Shown piece by piece: positions 16,625-25,998 of a stretch of 64,000 nt of DNA. The position numbers were made by a program, and so were the translations under genes. The stretch covers positions 26,777-90,776 of the forward strand of contig CAIOAT010000038.1 of the NCBI GenBank assembly GCA_903856085.1. Reading direction: 5' to 3'. The DNA comes from Candidatus Omnitrophota bacterium. Lineage in GTDB: Bacteria; Omnitrophota; Omnitrophia; Omnitrophales; Aquincolibacteriaceae. The notes beneath the pieces were generated by a model, which worked only from the letters and a program-made list of their open reading frames with translations, did not search any database and was not told where the DNA came from. Position 1 is the stretch's first letter. Each line of letters begins with the position of its first letter.

Positions 16625-18388
16625 TTAGGATTGACTCGAAGCAGGCGCCTTCGGACCCTGATCCAGATTGCTCAGAGTGTTATCGATCAACCGCTTCCGA
16701 AGATCGAAATAACCGTCAAAATCCGTTTTTTCCTCCGGCCCGTTCTTAAGCTCCTTGTACCACTGCTTGTCCTTCACCTTCCAGAAGGGCGCCTTCTCCT
16801 CATTGAAAGACAGTTTCTTTTCGGGGGGATTGGGAGTGTGAAGCATGGCAGGATCCGTGATGATGTAAGGTGTCACAAAAAGGATCAATTCCCGATCCTT
16901 GATCGATTTCTTGTTGCTTGTAAAAAGCGCCTTGCCGATCACGGGGATATTTCCAAAAAAGGGCACTTTCTGGTCATCGTTGGACTGAGAGCTGAAAAGC
17001 AACCCTCCCAGCGCGATCGTCTGTCCGTCATTGACCATCAGGGTGGTCCGAGCAGTCCGGGTCGTGGGATCTCCCGTCTGCCCTGCGGTGGGACCGCTAC
17101 CGTTCACCTTGATCGCAGAATCTTCTACCGTTGCAAATGTCGGTTCCACCGTCAATGTGATACGTCCCCCGGTATTAATGAGCGGTGTCACACGCAAGAT
17201 GGTTCCGACCTCATAACGTTCGGTATCTGAGGAAGTGGTTCCCGACCCGCCCCCCGTCGTACTCGTCGACGTGCCAATCGCCGCGTCGGTCGAAATCTTG
17301 ATTAGAGCGGCCTGATTATCTAAAGCGAGAATCTTGGGTTTGGCCAGAATCTTGAGCTTGTTGGTATCCTCCAACGCTTTGATCGTAACCGCAAAGCTCG
17401 AAAAATCCCGAATCCCCGGAGTCACCGCGCCCGTATTGTGCGTGGGATTGAATTGTTTGGCGGTATCCTTGAGAGTATCCCCGATATCGTTAAAAAAACC
17501 TTTGGAGGAGCCTGTTCTTAACGGCCAATTGGTGTCGGTTGTAGAACCTGAGATGGTCCCAAAAACACCATCGGTCCCCCAATCGATGCCGAGGCTCCGG
17601 TCAAGATCCTCAAACGTCTCAACCAGAATCACATTGATAAGCACCTGGTCCAGAGGGCGATCGAGCTGGGTAATTGCAGACTCGATCATCTTGAGCCGAT
17701 CCTCTGAATCGGTCACGATCAAGCTATTGGAACGGTCATCGACCGAAACTTTGCCTCGTTCGGAGAGGATCTTTTCAACTGCCGTGACGATCGCCGCACC
17801 TTTAGTATCCTCTTTGGGGGCATGAAGGGTCGTAAGCGAGCCTGATCCACTCGCCGATCCACCGGATTCGATCTCTTTAATGGCGGTCACTTTCAGATAA
17901 TAAAGTTTAAAAACACGCGTCAGCAAAGACGGTCTTTCAGGAGCATCGGACGAAGCCCTGAAAAGATAGATGTTCCTTCCCGGGAGAAAATCATAGCTGA
18001 CATTACATCCGTAAGCGATTGCCTGCAAAACATCCTCAAGGACGACATTGTCGAGCGTCATGCTGACTTTCCGGTCCGACACTTCGGTCCCCGCGATGAA
18101 ATTGATCCCGCTTAGATTCGAAAGCACGTTCAGCACATTGATAAGCGACGCAGATTTAAAATCCAGGTAATATCTTCCGTCGGCCGTCTTCTCGACCTTA
18201 GGGACCGGCACTGCGGCAGTCGATGCTCCCAAAGCTGGTTGTTGCATGTCCGAAGAGCCAGGAGCCGGAGAAGCCGGTGTATCCAAAGGAACGCCCGCGT
18301 CTTCCGCAAAGCCGGGATGAGAGAGACAGAGACACAACAAAAAAGCAGCGGGGAAACTTCTGATAAAAAAACGGCCTGCTTTTCTCAT
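16625..18388 (-). CDS. pilQ: Type IV pilus secretin PilQ (secretin with an N-terminal STN/secretin-N domain)
   Basis: Signal peptide MRKAGRFFIRSFPAAFLLCLCLSHPGFA. Secretin-N domains (LNVLSNLSGINFIAGTEV..). The C-terminal secretin core is GQTIALGGLLFSSQSNDDQKVPFFGNIPVIGKALF..ELILFVTPYII. A C-terminal tail of about 90 aa rich in charged residues follows it. Confidence 0.85.
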   Translation of the reverse strand: MRKAGRFFIRSFPAAFLLCLCLSHPGFAEDAGVPLDTPASPAPGSSDMQQPALGASTAAVPVPKVEKTADGRYYLDFKSASLINVLNVLSNLSGINFIAGTEVSDRKVSMTLDNVVLEDVLQAIAYGCNVSYDFLPGRNIYLFRASSDAPERPSLLTRVFKLYYLKVTAIKEIESGGSASGSGSLTTLHAPKEDTKGAAIVTAVEKILSERGKVSVDDRSNSLIVTDSEDRLKMIESAITQLDRPLDQVLINVILVETFEDLDRSLGIDWGTDGVFGTISGSTTDTNWPLRTGSSKGFFNDIGDTLKDTAKQFNPTHNTGAVTPGIRDFSSFAVTIKALEDTNKLKILAKPKILALDNQAALIKISTDAAIGTSTSTTGGGSGTTSSDTERYEVGTILRVTPLINTGGRITLTVEPTFATVEDSAIKVNGSGPTAGQTGDPTTRTARTTLMVNDGQTIALGGLLFSSQSNDDQKVPFFGNIPVIGKALFTSNKKSIKDRELILFVTPYIITDPAMLHTPNPPEKKLSFNEEKAPFWKVKDKQWYKELKNGPEEKTDFDGYFDLRKRLIDNTLSNLDQGPKAPASSQS

Positions 18389-18921
18389 AATGACGCTTGC
18401 TCCCTTCCCGATACAGATGACGATGTTTGCGGCGGATGAGCCACCGAAGCGCTTTCTATTGCGCCCTTTTCTTTTGCCCGATCCCTGGCCTTTTGAAGGT
18501 CCTGACCTGGAAATAAGGAAACCGTACGCTCTCCACCGTTCACTAGAATATCGACCTCTTGCCTTCGGACCTCAACCAATTTTATTCCATTCTTCGTATC
18601 ACCCTTATAGAAAACATCCCCCCCAATGATAGCATAGGCGCCCTTGCTTCCCAATCCAATCCCCTCCAAATCTACCTTGACCTGAGGAACATCCTCCTTG
18701 GCGACTTCGACAGGAGGGGGAGGAGGCTCCGCTTCAAGCACCTTACCCATTCCAAAAGGATCACGAACTTCTTCCTGAGACATCTCGTCATCGCTAGCGG
18801 TGGACGCTGAGGAAGCCGAAGAAGGACCTCCCGGCGAGGGCTCTGCGGCATAAAGCATCAGAACCGAAGGCCACATCATTGCCAGGAAAAATCCAAGAAA
18901 CCACCGGTTTATTTTAGACAT
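18385..18921 (-). CDS. pilP: PilP-like pilus assembly lipoprotein
   Basis: Signal anchor (MSKINRWFLGFFLAMMWPSVLMLYA), a Ser/Pro-rich linker, then the conserved RDPF motif (EEVRDPFGM) and a beta domain. The gene lies between pilO and pilQ. The start is reassigned to the ATG at 18921. Confidence 0.5.
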   Translation of the reverse strand: MSKINRWFLGFFLAMMWPSVLMLYAAEPSPGGPSSASSASTASDDEMSQEEVRDPFGMGKVLEAEPPPPPVEVAKEDVPQVKVDLEGIGLGSKGAYAIIGGDVFYKGDTKNGIKLVEVRRQEVDILVNGGERTVSLFPGQDLQKARDRAKEKGAIESASVAHPPQTSSSVSGREQASL

Positions 18922-19462
18922 TATTTTTTTTTGCAGCCTGCTGTAATAAAAGCGTTTCGAACACGATTTTGACCAGCAAAGGATCCCTATCTTCCTGAGG
19001 ACCAACAGAGGGCTTCCACATAATGGAAACAGCCGCAACTTGGATTTCGTCCCCGATTTTTTCGACCGCTTGCAGGAATTTTATCACCGCGAAAAAATCA
19101 CCTCTCCCCTCCATTTGCATCCTCAACTTGACATAGGCCCCATCCGGTTCGGTCCGGGGAGTCAGTGTCTCAACAGAGATTCCGTTCCCACCGGCAATAT
19201 CCGAGATCTTAGCAAGAAGCTGGGATCTCTCCGTGAGCGTCGCCAAAACTCTCTCACTCCCGCTAAGGCTGTCTGTCAGATTCTGGACTTCTCGATAAAG
19301 TTCGCGGCGTTTTTGAGAATCTATAATGTTTTGACGCAAGGTCACCATGCCCGGAAAAATCGGGTGGATCATGACCGCATAGCACAACACACAAGCTGCG
19401 ACCCCTACCGCACCCTTGATAGCCCATTCTTTTTGCTGCTCATAGATTTTCGTCATTGGCAT
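18914..19462 (-). CDS. pilO: PilO-like pilus assembly protein
   Basis: The N-terminal TM (AIKGAVGVAACVLCYAVMI) is followed by a coiled coil (QKRRELYREVQNLTDSLSGSERVLATLTERSQLLAKI) and a ferredoxin-like C-terminal region. The gene lies between pilMN and pilP. Confidence 0.6.
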   Translation of the reverse strand: MPMTKIYEQQKEWAIKGAVGVAACVLCYAVMIHPIFPGMVTLRQNIIDSQKRRELYREVQNLTDSLSGSERVLATLTERSQLLAKISDIAGGNGISVETLTPRTEPDGAYVKLRMQMEGRGDFFAVIKFLQAVEKIGDEIQVAAVSIMWKPSVGPQEDRDPLLVKIVFETLLLQQAAKKNNV

Positions 19463-19475
19463 ATTCTAATACCCC

Positions 19476-21005
19476 TCACTCCCCCAAGATCCGGAAACGC
19501 GTAACATTCCGGTAATGAAACTTTTCCCGCTTGATCTCGTCAAGCTTGACCTCTGTGAAAGAACGCGCCATGATTTTTCGCTCGCCAAGCGCTTTCACCC
19601 AAGCGCTGATAGTCGCCGTCTCGTTTTCGGCACCTCCCAGATAACAGATTCCACTCACTAGCAAACGCCTTCCCCCTTTTTTGTCATCCGATGTTTCCTG
19701 TCCAACCACTTCCTCTAACGAGATGAGATCGAGCAAAACCGATTGGGGGAGCCCTTGTCCCAAAGACCTGACCAGAGACGCCGCTGAAACCTTGCCACTA
19801 AAAAATTTCTTCAGTTGCCCCACGCGCTCGCCCATACTTTCTTTCTCTTTGATCAGGTCTCCTGTAGAACGGGAAGCAAGCGTGGGAAATTCCTGATCGG
19901 CGGGACCGAGAACCGCTTTATTCTGCCCCTCCAGATGCATCCGATACGGGAGAAAAACTCCATAGCGAACCGCAGCAAAAAGCATGAGGACCAACAAGCA
20001 TTCAAGCCCCAGGAATGTCAGAAGCTGCGGGAGATTCGACCTGCGCTCCATTTTAGGTAACAGCTGAATATCCCCCATGGCGTAGCGGTACCCCATAGAC
20101 CGAAGCGCCAATCCGAAAGCCACCAACACCGCGTGAAGCATCTCCGGTGGCAGATTCTTCGCCGTGGATAAATTCGCGACATCGAAACGGATCGCATAAT
20201 TGAACGCTTGTTCCAAATACTCGACCCAGATCTTGAGATCTCCGGCCCCGGCTAAAAAGATCTGCCCGATCGCCTCGCCTCCGGTCAACGTATAAAAATA
20301 ATCCATCGAGGCTTTAAGCTCGCTATGGAACCGCAATTTATCCTCTTCCAATTTTCCGCTCAAAAGAAAATCGCGCGAAAGGTAGACGATCCCCTTGGAA
20401 GCAAACGTCACGTTCACATTTCCGTCAGATTGAAGAACCACAAAACCATGGGTCTTGGTCTTGCCGACCATGTTGAGAGCCGAGAACGCACGGCCAACGG
20501 CATTGTAGACCGGCTCCACCGAAAGAACTTTAGCGGATGCCGAGCGCAGGTCTTCCAAGTACGTATCGAGGACCTCGCCTCGGATCGCAGTCACTGTGAC
20601 CGAGAGAACATTCTTGTGGGTCAGATGCGCTTGATAATCCAGCGCCGAATCGGAGATCTTGAATGGAACGTAGCGGCTAGCTTCATTACGAACCGCACTC
20701 GGCTCATCTTTTTTGGGAACCACCGGCATGATGAAGTGCCGCGTCACAACCTGCAAAGGACTGACGGCAACATTCACGAAAGCCCCGGGTCTCTTGATAT
20801 GTTCAAGAGCCTTAAGAATGGCACGCCCTTCAGGACTTATTTTTTTGGCCTTATGAGCTTCTTGGCCAAAGACGGGTTCGTCTGGATCTTCGGGGCTGAT
20901 GGGTTGTATTGCATAAGATTCGACTTGTGGCCCCGTCGCCGTGCGGATCGCAGAAACCGCAATCACTTCGTTGCGACCGATATAGACGCCAACGCCTTTT
21001 GACAT
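19476..21005 (-). CDS. pilM: PilM-PilN fusion protein. The N-terminus is an actin-like ATPase-fold PilM and the C-terminus is a PilN TM/coiled-coil domain.
   Basis: The actin-like PilM region covers about residues 1-330 (..GVYIGRNEVIAVSAIRT..). A TM segment follows (LLTFLGLECLLVLMLFAAVRYGVFL), then a PilN-like periplasmic region. No separate pilN ORF is present. Confidence 0.7.
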   Translation of the reverse strand: MSKGVGVYIGRNEVIAVSAIRTATGPQVESYAIQPISPEDPDEPVFGQEAHKAKKISPEGRAILKALEHIKRPGAFVNVAVSPLQVVTRHFIMPVVPKKDEPSAVRNEASRYVPFKISDSALDYQAHLTHKNVLSVTVTAIRGEVLDTYLEDLRSASAKVLSVEPVYNAVGRAFSALNMVGKTKTHGFVVLQSDGNVNVTFASKGIVYLSRDFLLSGKLEEDKLRFHSELKASMDYFYTLTGGEAIGQIFLAGAGDLKIWVEYLEQAFNYAIRFDVANLSTAKNLPPEMLHAVLVAFGLALRSMGYRYAMGDIQLLPKMERRSNLPQLLTFLGLECLLVLMLFAAVRYGVFLPYRMHLEGQNKAVLGPADQEFPTLASRSTGDLIKEKESMGERVGQLKKFFSGKVSAASLVRSLGQGLPQSVLLDLISLEEVVGQETSDDKKGGRRLLVSGICYLGGAENETATISAWVKALGERKIMARSFTEVKLDEIKREKFHYRNVTRFRILGE

Positions 21006-21029
21006 GATTCCCCTGGGATCAAGGTTCCG

Positions 21030-22562
21030 TTAAGAGAAAGAAACGCTATCGCCTTGTCGAATCATCTGCAACATGCTCGCGTTGCGAAGCACAGCGACGG
21101 ACATGGTAGGATAAATCCGGTCTATGGACCCTTCCGCTATTCCAACACCGGCCCTGAAAATCTTGATCAAGCGTCCGGAGCTGACTCCCTGGGTAGCGCC
21201 CATATTAATCACAACAAGCGCGCCATTGACCGAGGCGACCTTCCCCTGGAGCGTGGAAGTTTCTGCCGATGAAAAGGGTTCTTGTGAAAGTCCGGCAGCA
21301 GCCCCTGAAAGAGCCGATTTTCCAGCCTGCTCGATGATCCTTTCGAAAGCATGGCTCTGAGCTTTGAGCGCATTGACAATAGCATCCTTGGTTCGAATAG
21401 TCCCGCGCAAAACATCGATCTGGGTTTCATATTCGGCGGTGATCCGCATAAGCTCTGCGCGGTATTTTTTTTCAAGACTTCGGCCATATTCGGCTTTATT
21501 CTCCTGGAGCGTTCTCAAGTCTCCCTCCAGACCCCGAAGCTGGCTATTCAGCCCCTTTATTTTCGCGCTCTGAGTCACCGAAGCGTTCTGAAGCTCAACA
21601 TAAGACTGCTTGAGCTGATCTCTTTCGCTTTGAAGCTGTGTCAGCCGTTTCAAAGCCTCGCGATTTGATAAGGCCCCCTGAAGATACATCAGGATGAGAG
21701 CCCCTGCCACAAGCCACCCGCATACCAACAAAAATTCCGCGAGGCCCGAGAAAGCTTTTTTTGAACTACGCGGGGGGTCTTTGAATTTGGGGATACTCGG
21801 AGACAACGGCACTGCGGTCTGAGTGGTAAAAGTTTCAAATGCCGGCAAAGGTTGTTTCGCCGGGATTCTCGGTGACTGTTTCACGGGAATTTTCGACACA
21901 GGAATAACGTTCTTGAACTGAGCCGTTTTTTGCTCTCTGTAATCGTGAATGATCTTTTCTTCCAACGCTACCCACTTCGTCACTGCTGCGACATTCGCTC
22001 GTGGGACATTCAGCGGAGGGCTTTTGAGAACAGACCCCCTTAGAACGGGGGCAGTATTTTTCAAGCGAGCTTCCTCCCTCGAAGAATTAAAAAAACTGAA
22101 AAGGGTGAATCCCTTCTTGGCAGCCAACGGCACCGATATCTTTTTTTCTGGGTTGTTGAGATTTGAAGGCACGGACAAGAACTGCTTCGTAGAAGTTTTT
22201 GGCAAAGGAAGAGCTGCCTTCAACTGAGCCGTTTTTTGCTCTTTGTAATCGTGCACGATCTTTTCTTCGAGAGCAACCCAGCTCTTGACTGCAATCAGAT
22301 TGGCGCGCGGCACACTCGGAGGAGAGCTTCTGAGAGCAGGCTCTTTAAAAACGGTGGTGGTGGCTTTGCCATGGGATTCAACCCTGGGAGAAGTAAAAAG
22401 ACCGAAAAAAGTCATCTCTTTCTTAGGAGCCAACGGTCTAGATGCATTCTGCCCCCTTCTAGGGGTGATCTCGATCTTTTTGTCGATGAGTTTTTGCATG
22501 GCGCCAGTCTCTCGCGATAAAAGGTCCCGTATTTGCCCTCCTTTAATTATTGGGGAAGACAA
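21030..22562 (-). CDS. Hypothetical membrane-anchored protein with two 102-aa tandem repeats, one TM helix, a long coiled coil and a C-terminal beta-rich domain. It is the first gene of the pilus operon.
   Basis: Repeats: ..VPRANLIAVKSWVALEEKIVHDYKEQKTAQLK.. and ..VPRANVAAVTKWVALEEKIIHDYREQKTAQFK... TM: LAEFLLVCGWLVAGALILMYL. Coiled coil: about residues 300-400. C-terminal domain: ..VVINMGATQGVSSGRLIKIFRAGVGIAEGSIDRIYPTMSVAV... I recognise no family. Confidence 0.45.
   Translation of the reverse strand: MSSPIIKGGQIRDLLSRETGAMQKLIDKKIEITPRRGQNASRPLAPKKEMTFFGLFTSPRVESHGKATTTVFKEPALRSSPPSVPRANLIAVKSWVALEEKIVHDYKEQKTAQLKAALPLPKTSTKQFLSVPSNLNNPEKKISVPLAAKKGFTLFSFFNSSREEARLKNTAPVLRGSVLKSPPLNVPRANVAAVTKWVALEEKIIHDYREQKTAQFKNVIPVSKIPVKQSPRIPAKQPLPAFETFTTQTAVPLSPSIPKFKDPPRSSKKAFSGLAEFLLVCGWLVAGALILMYLQGALSNREALKRLTQLQSERDQLKQSYVELQNASVTQSAKIKGLNSQLRGLEGDLRTLQENKAEYGRSLEKKYRAELMRITAEYETQIDVLRGTIRTKDAIVNALKAQSHAFERIIEQAGKSALSGAAAGLSQEPFSSAETSTLQGKVASVNGALVVINMGATQGVSSGRLIKIFRAGVGIAEGSIDRIYPTMSVAVLRNASMLQMIRQGDSVSFS
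21915..22330 (-). repeat. Tandem direct repeat of about 306 nt within the 5' half of the 21030-22562 gene
   Basis: gagccgttttttgctctctgtaatcgtgaatgatcttttcttc... at 21920 and gagccgttttttgctctttgtaatcgtgcacgatcttttcttc... at 22226. Confidence 0.6.
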
Positions 22563-22739
22563 GCACAGGACTGGATTTCAACTATAGAAACCAATAAGAT
22601 CCATGCGCACACTCAGACAAAACCCGCATGAGATCTAGTCCAGTACATTATGTTTTCGGCTTACCCGGGGTTTTTCTTGATACAAAGCTTTTAAAATCAC
22701 AGGGTTGACCACAAGCCTAGAAAAGGGCTACCGGACCGT

Positions 22740-23714
22740 TCATTTCAGGCACTCGCCCGGATGTTCCACAAACCAGCGAACCGTCCGCCTGAGCCCCTCT
22801 CGATAGGGAACAAGGTCGCCATACCCCAAAGATTTCCGTGCTTTATCGATACACGCATAGGCTCTTCGAAAGTCACCGGCCCGTTTCGGCCGGCGGATCA
22901 TCTTCACTTTTTTAACCCCCAAAAGACCCTGAACCTGCGCGATCATCCCCAAGAGCGTCGTTTCTTCATTCCCGCCGATGTTAAAAATCTCTCCCGCGAC
23001 ATTTTCCGCCTTCATAGCAAGCAGATTAGCCTTAACAACATTTTCGATAAAACAAAAATCGCGGGATTGCTTTCCATCCCAGTGGACTTCGAGGCTCTCC
23101 CCTTTGAAGAGCTTCGCTATGAATAAGGGGATCGCGTTGGCATATTTCGAATGAGGATCCTGCCGCGGGCCAAAAACATTGAAATAACGCAACGAGACAG
23201 TTTCAAGTCCATAAAGTTTCCAAAAAATCCGGCAATAATATTCCCCCAGCGCCTTCGTCGCCGCATAGGGAGATTCTGGAGACAAAGGATCGCTTTCACG
23301 CATAGGAAAATGCTTTGTGCCTCCATAGACAGAAGACGAGGAAGAAAAGATGAAACGTTTGACCTTCGCTTTCCGGCAGGCCATCAAAAGTCTCAGCGTC
23401 CCGGAAGCGTTCACGTCATGGACCTCGACGGGGCTCTCAACGGATCGCAGAATGGATCGCATCGCCGCGACATGAAATACATAATCCACGCCACGAACCG
23501 ACCTGTTGACGTCTGAATCAATCCTAAGATCGCCGCGAACGATTTCGATCTTAGAATAAACTTTTTTTAAATTACTCATCTTCCCTGTCGAAAAATTATC
23601 CAAAACACGAACTTGATATCCTTCGTCAAGAAGCTTCTCCACAAGATGAGAACCAATAAATCCAGCCCCGCCGGTCACAAGACAATTGGGTTTGCAAAAT
23701 ATTTTTGTCATCAT
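22740..23714 (-). CDS. NAD-dependent nucleotide-sugar epimerase/dehydratase (GalE/WbpP-like SDR)
   Basis: Rossmann motif VTGGAGFIGSHLVEKLL. The catalytic YxxxK is PYAATKALGEYY. Length 324 aa. Confidence 0.8.
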   Translation of the reverse strand: MMTKIFCKPNCLVTGGAGFIGSHLVEKLLDEGYQVRVLDNFSTGKMSNLKKVYSKIEIVRGDLRIDSDVNRSVRGVDYVFHVAAMRSILRSVESPVEVHDVNASGTLRLLMACRKAKVKRFIFSSSSSVYGGTKHFPMRESDPLSPESPYAATKALGEYYCRIFWKLYGLETVSLRYFNVFGPRQDPHSKYANAIPLFIAKLFKGESLEVHWDGKQSRDFCFIENVVKANLLAMKAENVAGEIFNIGGNEETTLLGMIAQVQGLLGVKKVKMIRRPKRAGDFRRAYACIDKARKSLGYGDLVPYREGLRRTVRWFVEHPGECLK

Positions 23715-23735
23715 AGATTTGACAGCTCCTGTTTT

Positions 23736-25982
23736 TTAAGCGAGTCGCTTCCATCCTTTTGAAAAATTATTGATCTTTATCTCAAAAAGCGGGATGTGTT
23801 TTTTTTGGCACGAATCCCTTAACCCTGTCTCCGTCCGTTCATCTTCTTCACTGTAGAATTTGGGATCCGCCCCAACAAGCCATATCCCATTTCCTTGAAC
23901 AATTCTCCCCTGTCTAAGAACAAAATCGATCAACGTATACGCTTCGGACATTGAAATGAATTTCATTCCTTTTTTGACTGAAAAACCTTTCGGCCTATTC
24001 ATAGGTTGAGCGAGTTGGCGCGGAACAAAAAATACCAAAACGCCTTTAACCCTTAAGGGATCCGTCTTGGGCTCCTGCATTTTAGAACCCAACTCTTTCA
24101 AAAACTGTTCGGGAAGCTCTTCTCCCGTCCGTTGAACTTCGTGTATATCTTCCCAAGCTTTCGCATATTCGTTTTTATGAAAATAACAAACTGCCCGGTT
24201 AAAATATGGCCCTTTTATTTGGGGATCTAGTTTCACAGCTTGATTAAAATCATCCAAGGCTTCGTCAAACCGCTCTTGAGACAGATAAAGCGTCCCGCGG
24301 TCAAAATAAGGCAAACCCCGGGATGGGGCTAATCGAATGGCCATTGAATAATCCAAAAGCGCTCCTTTGAGATCTTGCATACTAGCTTTAACGCTACCTC
24401 GTCCTGAGTAGGACTCCGAACGATTAGGGTTTAATGCAATCGCCTTGGAAAAATCGACGATGGCATCAGCATGATTTCCGAGTTCTTCGCGAATCGCACC
24501 TCTTTCACAATACGCCGCAGGAAGATCAGGCGCCAATTCGATAGCCTTCGTTAGGTCTGCGATTGCCCCGGGATAATCCTGCAGCTTTCTCCGAAACACG
24601 GCTCTTTGAAAATAAAACTCGGCAGCACGAAAAGCAAGTTCAGGCCGATCAGACGCCAGTTGAATGCTCTTCTCATAATCTTCCGCCGCTCCTTTGTTGT
24701 CACCGTACCATTCTTTTTCAGTCGCTCTAAAGGTATAGGCCGAGCTCCAGTTAGGATTTTTCTCAATAACCTCATTTAAAAACAATAAGGAGTTTTTCCA
24801 CACCTTACACCTCTGCACCGTTGCCAAAGAAAAAAAGGCCACATACCCCACCAAAAGGAAACAGAGCAAAACCTTGATTTTGCGAACTCCCGCCCTCGGA
24901 TTTTCCATGAATTTCACAAATAAATGGCTCGCGAGAAAAAATAATCCCAAATAAGCCATATAAGCGTATCTTTCCGCGACCACCACGACTCCGCCTATAG
25001 GCATTAAATGCAACACCAGCCCGATAGAGCATAAAAAAAACAAGAACCCAAAAACTATCTTTTTTCGATCCTCCTGCGATCCCTTAATTAAACGATCCAT
25101 TCCCCACAAGAAGCAAAGAACGAAGATCGGGGAAAAATAATAAATCAAAGGGAGCCCGGACATGTTTTTCACATCAGGGTAGATGTAACAAAGAGAAAAA
25201 TTATAAGGAACAAAAGAGCCGAGGACATAGTATGAAAAAGCATAAAATCCCATAAAGATGCGGCTCGTAAGGTCCAAGCCCGATTCCCCATAGACGATTT
25301 GGGACGTTGCAAATGAAACCATGCGGTGGATCCATAAAAAAATGGCCACAATGAAAAAAAATGGGGCTTTTTCAAAAAAAGCCTGAAAAGTCATTTTTCG
25401 ATTTTCCACATAATCGATTAAAAAAAGAACGAACGGAAAGACGAGGGCGGCAGTCTTGGACATTAATGAGAGTGAGAAAAAAAACAATGCGAGGATCAGA
25501 AAATGTATTTTGAATTTTTTCCTAACATAGAAGATATAACTTATCAAGCCGAGAAGATAAAAAAAAGCGTAAAGCATATCTTTTCGCTCAGTGATCCAAG
25601 CCACGGACTCGACGCGATAGGGATGGATCCCGAAAAACAAAGCGGTTAGTAATGCTACTTCGTATCTTTGAAACAATAAATAAATTAAAAAAAAGACGAG
25701 GAGAACGTTTAGCAGGTGAAATGCAATGTTTTCTACGTGATAAGGCCCGGGGTCAAGACCCCACAATTTATAATCGATCGCGAACGACGCAAGAGTGGCG
25801 GGAAGTTCTTCGTGAAAAAAAGAAAGGGCGATTTTTTGGATGCCCTCACTCGAAAAATCCCTAATATCGGGGTTATCCACCACATAGCTTTTATCATCCA
25901 CAAGTATAAAATCGCACTGAGGCAGATAAGCATAAATGCTTGCCGTTAATGTCAAAACCGCCAACAGAAGAATCACTTTCAT
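23736..25982 (-). CDS. TMTC-like GT-C fold membrane glycosyltransferase with C-terminal TPR repeats and an extra C-terminal domain of about 130 aa
   Basis: The N-terminal motif DFILVDDKSYVVDNPDI matches the FxFDDxxxIxxN motif. About 11 TM helices follow, then at least six TPRs (..AIELAPDLPAAYCERGAIREELGNHADAIVDFSKAIALNPN..). The start is reassigned to the ATG at 25982 (MKVILLLAV..). Confidence 0.7.
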   Translation of the reverse strand: MKVILLLAVLTLTASIYAYLPQCDFILVDDKSYVVDNPDIRDFSSEGIQKIALSFFHEELPATLASFAIDYKLWGLDPGPYHVENIAFHLLNVLLVFFLIYLLFQRYEVALLTALFFGIHPYRVESVAWITERKDMLYAFFYLLGLISYIFYVRKKFKIHFLILALFFFSLSLMSKTAALVFPFVLFLIDYVENRKMTFQAFFEKAPFFFIVAIFLWIHRMVSFATSQIVYGESGLDLTSRIFMGFYAFSYYVLGSFVPYNFSLCYIYPDVKNMSGLPLIYYFSPIFVLCFLWGMDRLIKGSQEDRKKIVFGFLFFLCSIGLVLHLMPIGGVVVVAERYAYMAYLGLFFLASHLFVKFMENPRAGVRKIKVLLCFLLVGYVAFFSLATVQRCKVWKNSLLFLNEVIEKNPNWSSAYTFRATEKEWYGDNKGAAEDYEKSIQLASDRPELAFRAAEFYFQRAVFRRKLQDYPGAIADLTKAIELAPDLPAAYCERGAIREELGNHADAIVDFSKAIALNPNRSESYSGRGSVKASMQDLKGALLDYSMAIRLAPSRGLPYFDRGTLYLSQERFDEALDDFNQAVKLDPQIKGPYFNRAVCYFHKNEYAKAWEDIHEVQRTGEELPEQFLKELGSKMQEPKTDPLRVKGVLVFFVPRQLAQPMNRPKGFSVKKGMKFISMSEAYTLIDFVLRQGRIVQGNGIWLVGADPKFYSEEDERTETGLRDSCQKKHIPLFEIKINNFSKGWKRLA

Positions 25983-25998
25983 GTGCCCGCTGCTGATA

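Noticed and set aside
16631-17230. 199-aa plus-strand ORF, and similar ones at 17334-17825, 20325-21002, 32743-33966, 53229-54323, 55944-57209, 58712-59428 and 60046-60885
   Set aside because: Each lies antisense within a confidently identified gene (pilQ, pilMN, leuC, dxr, purA, aminotransferase/serA, clpP/tig). None has recognisable motifs.
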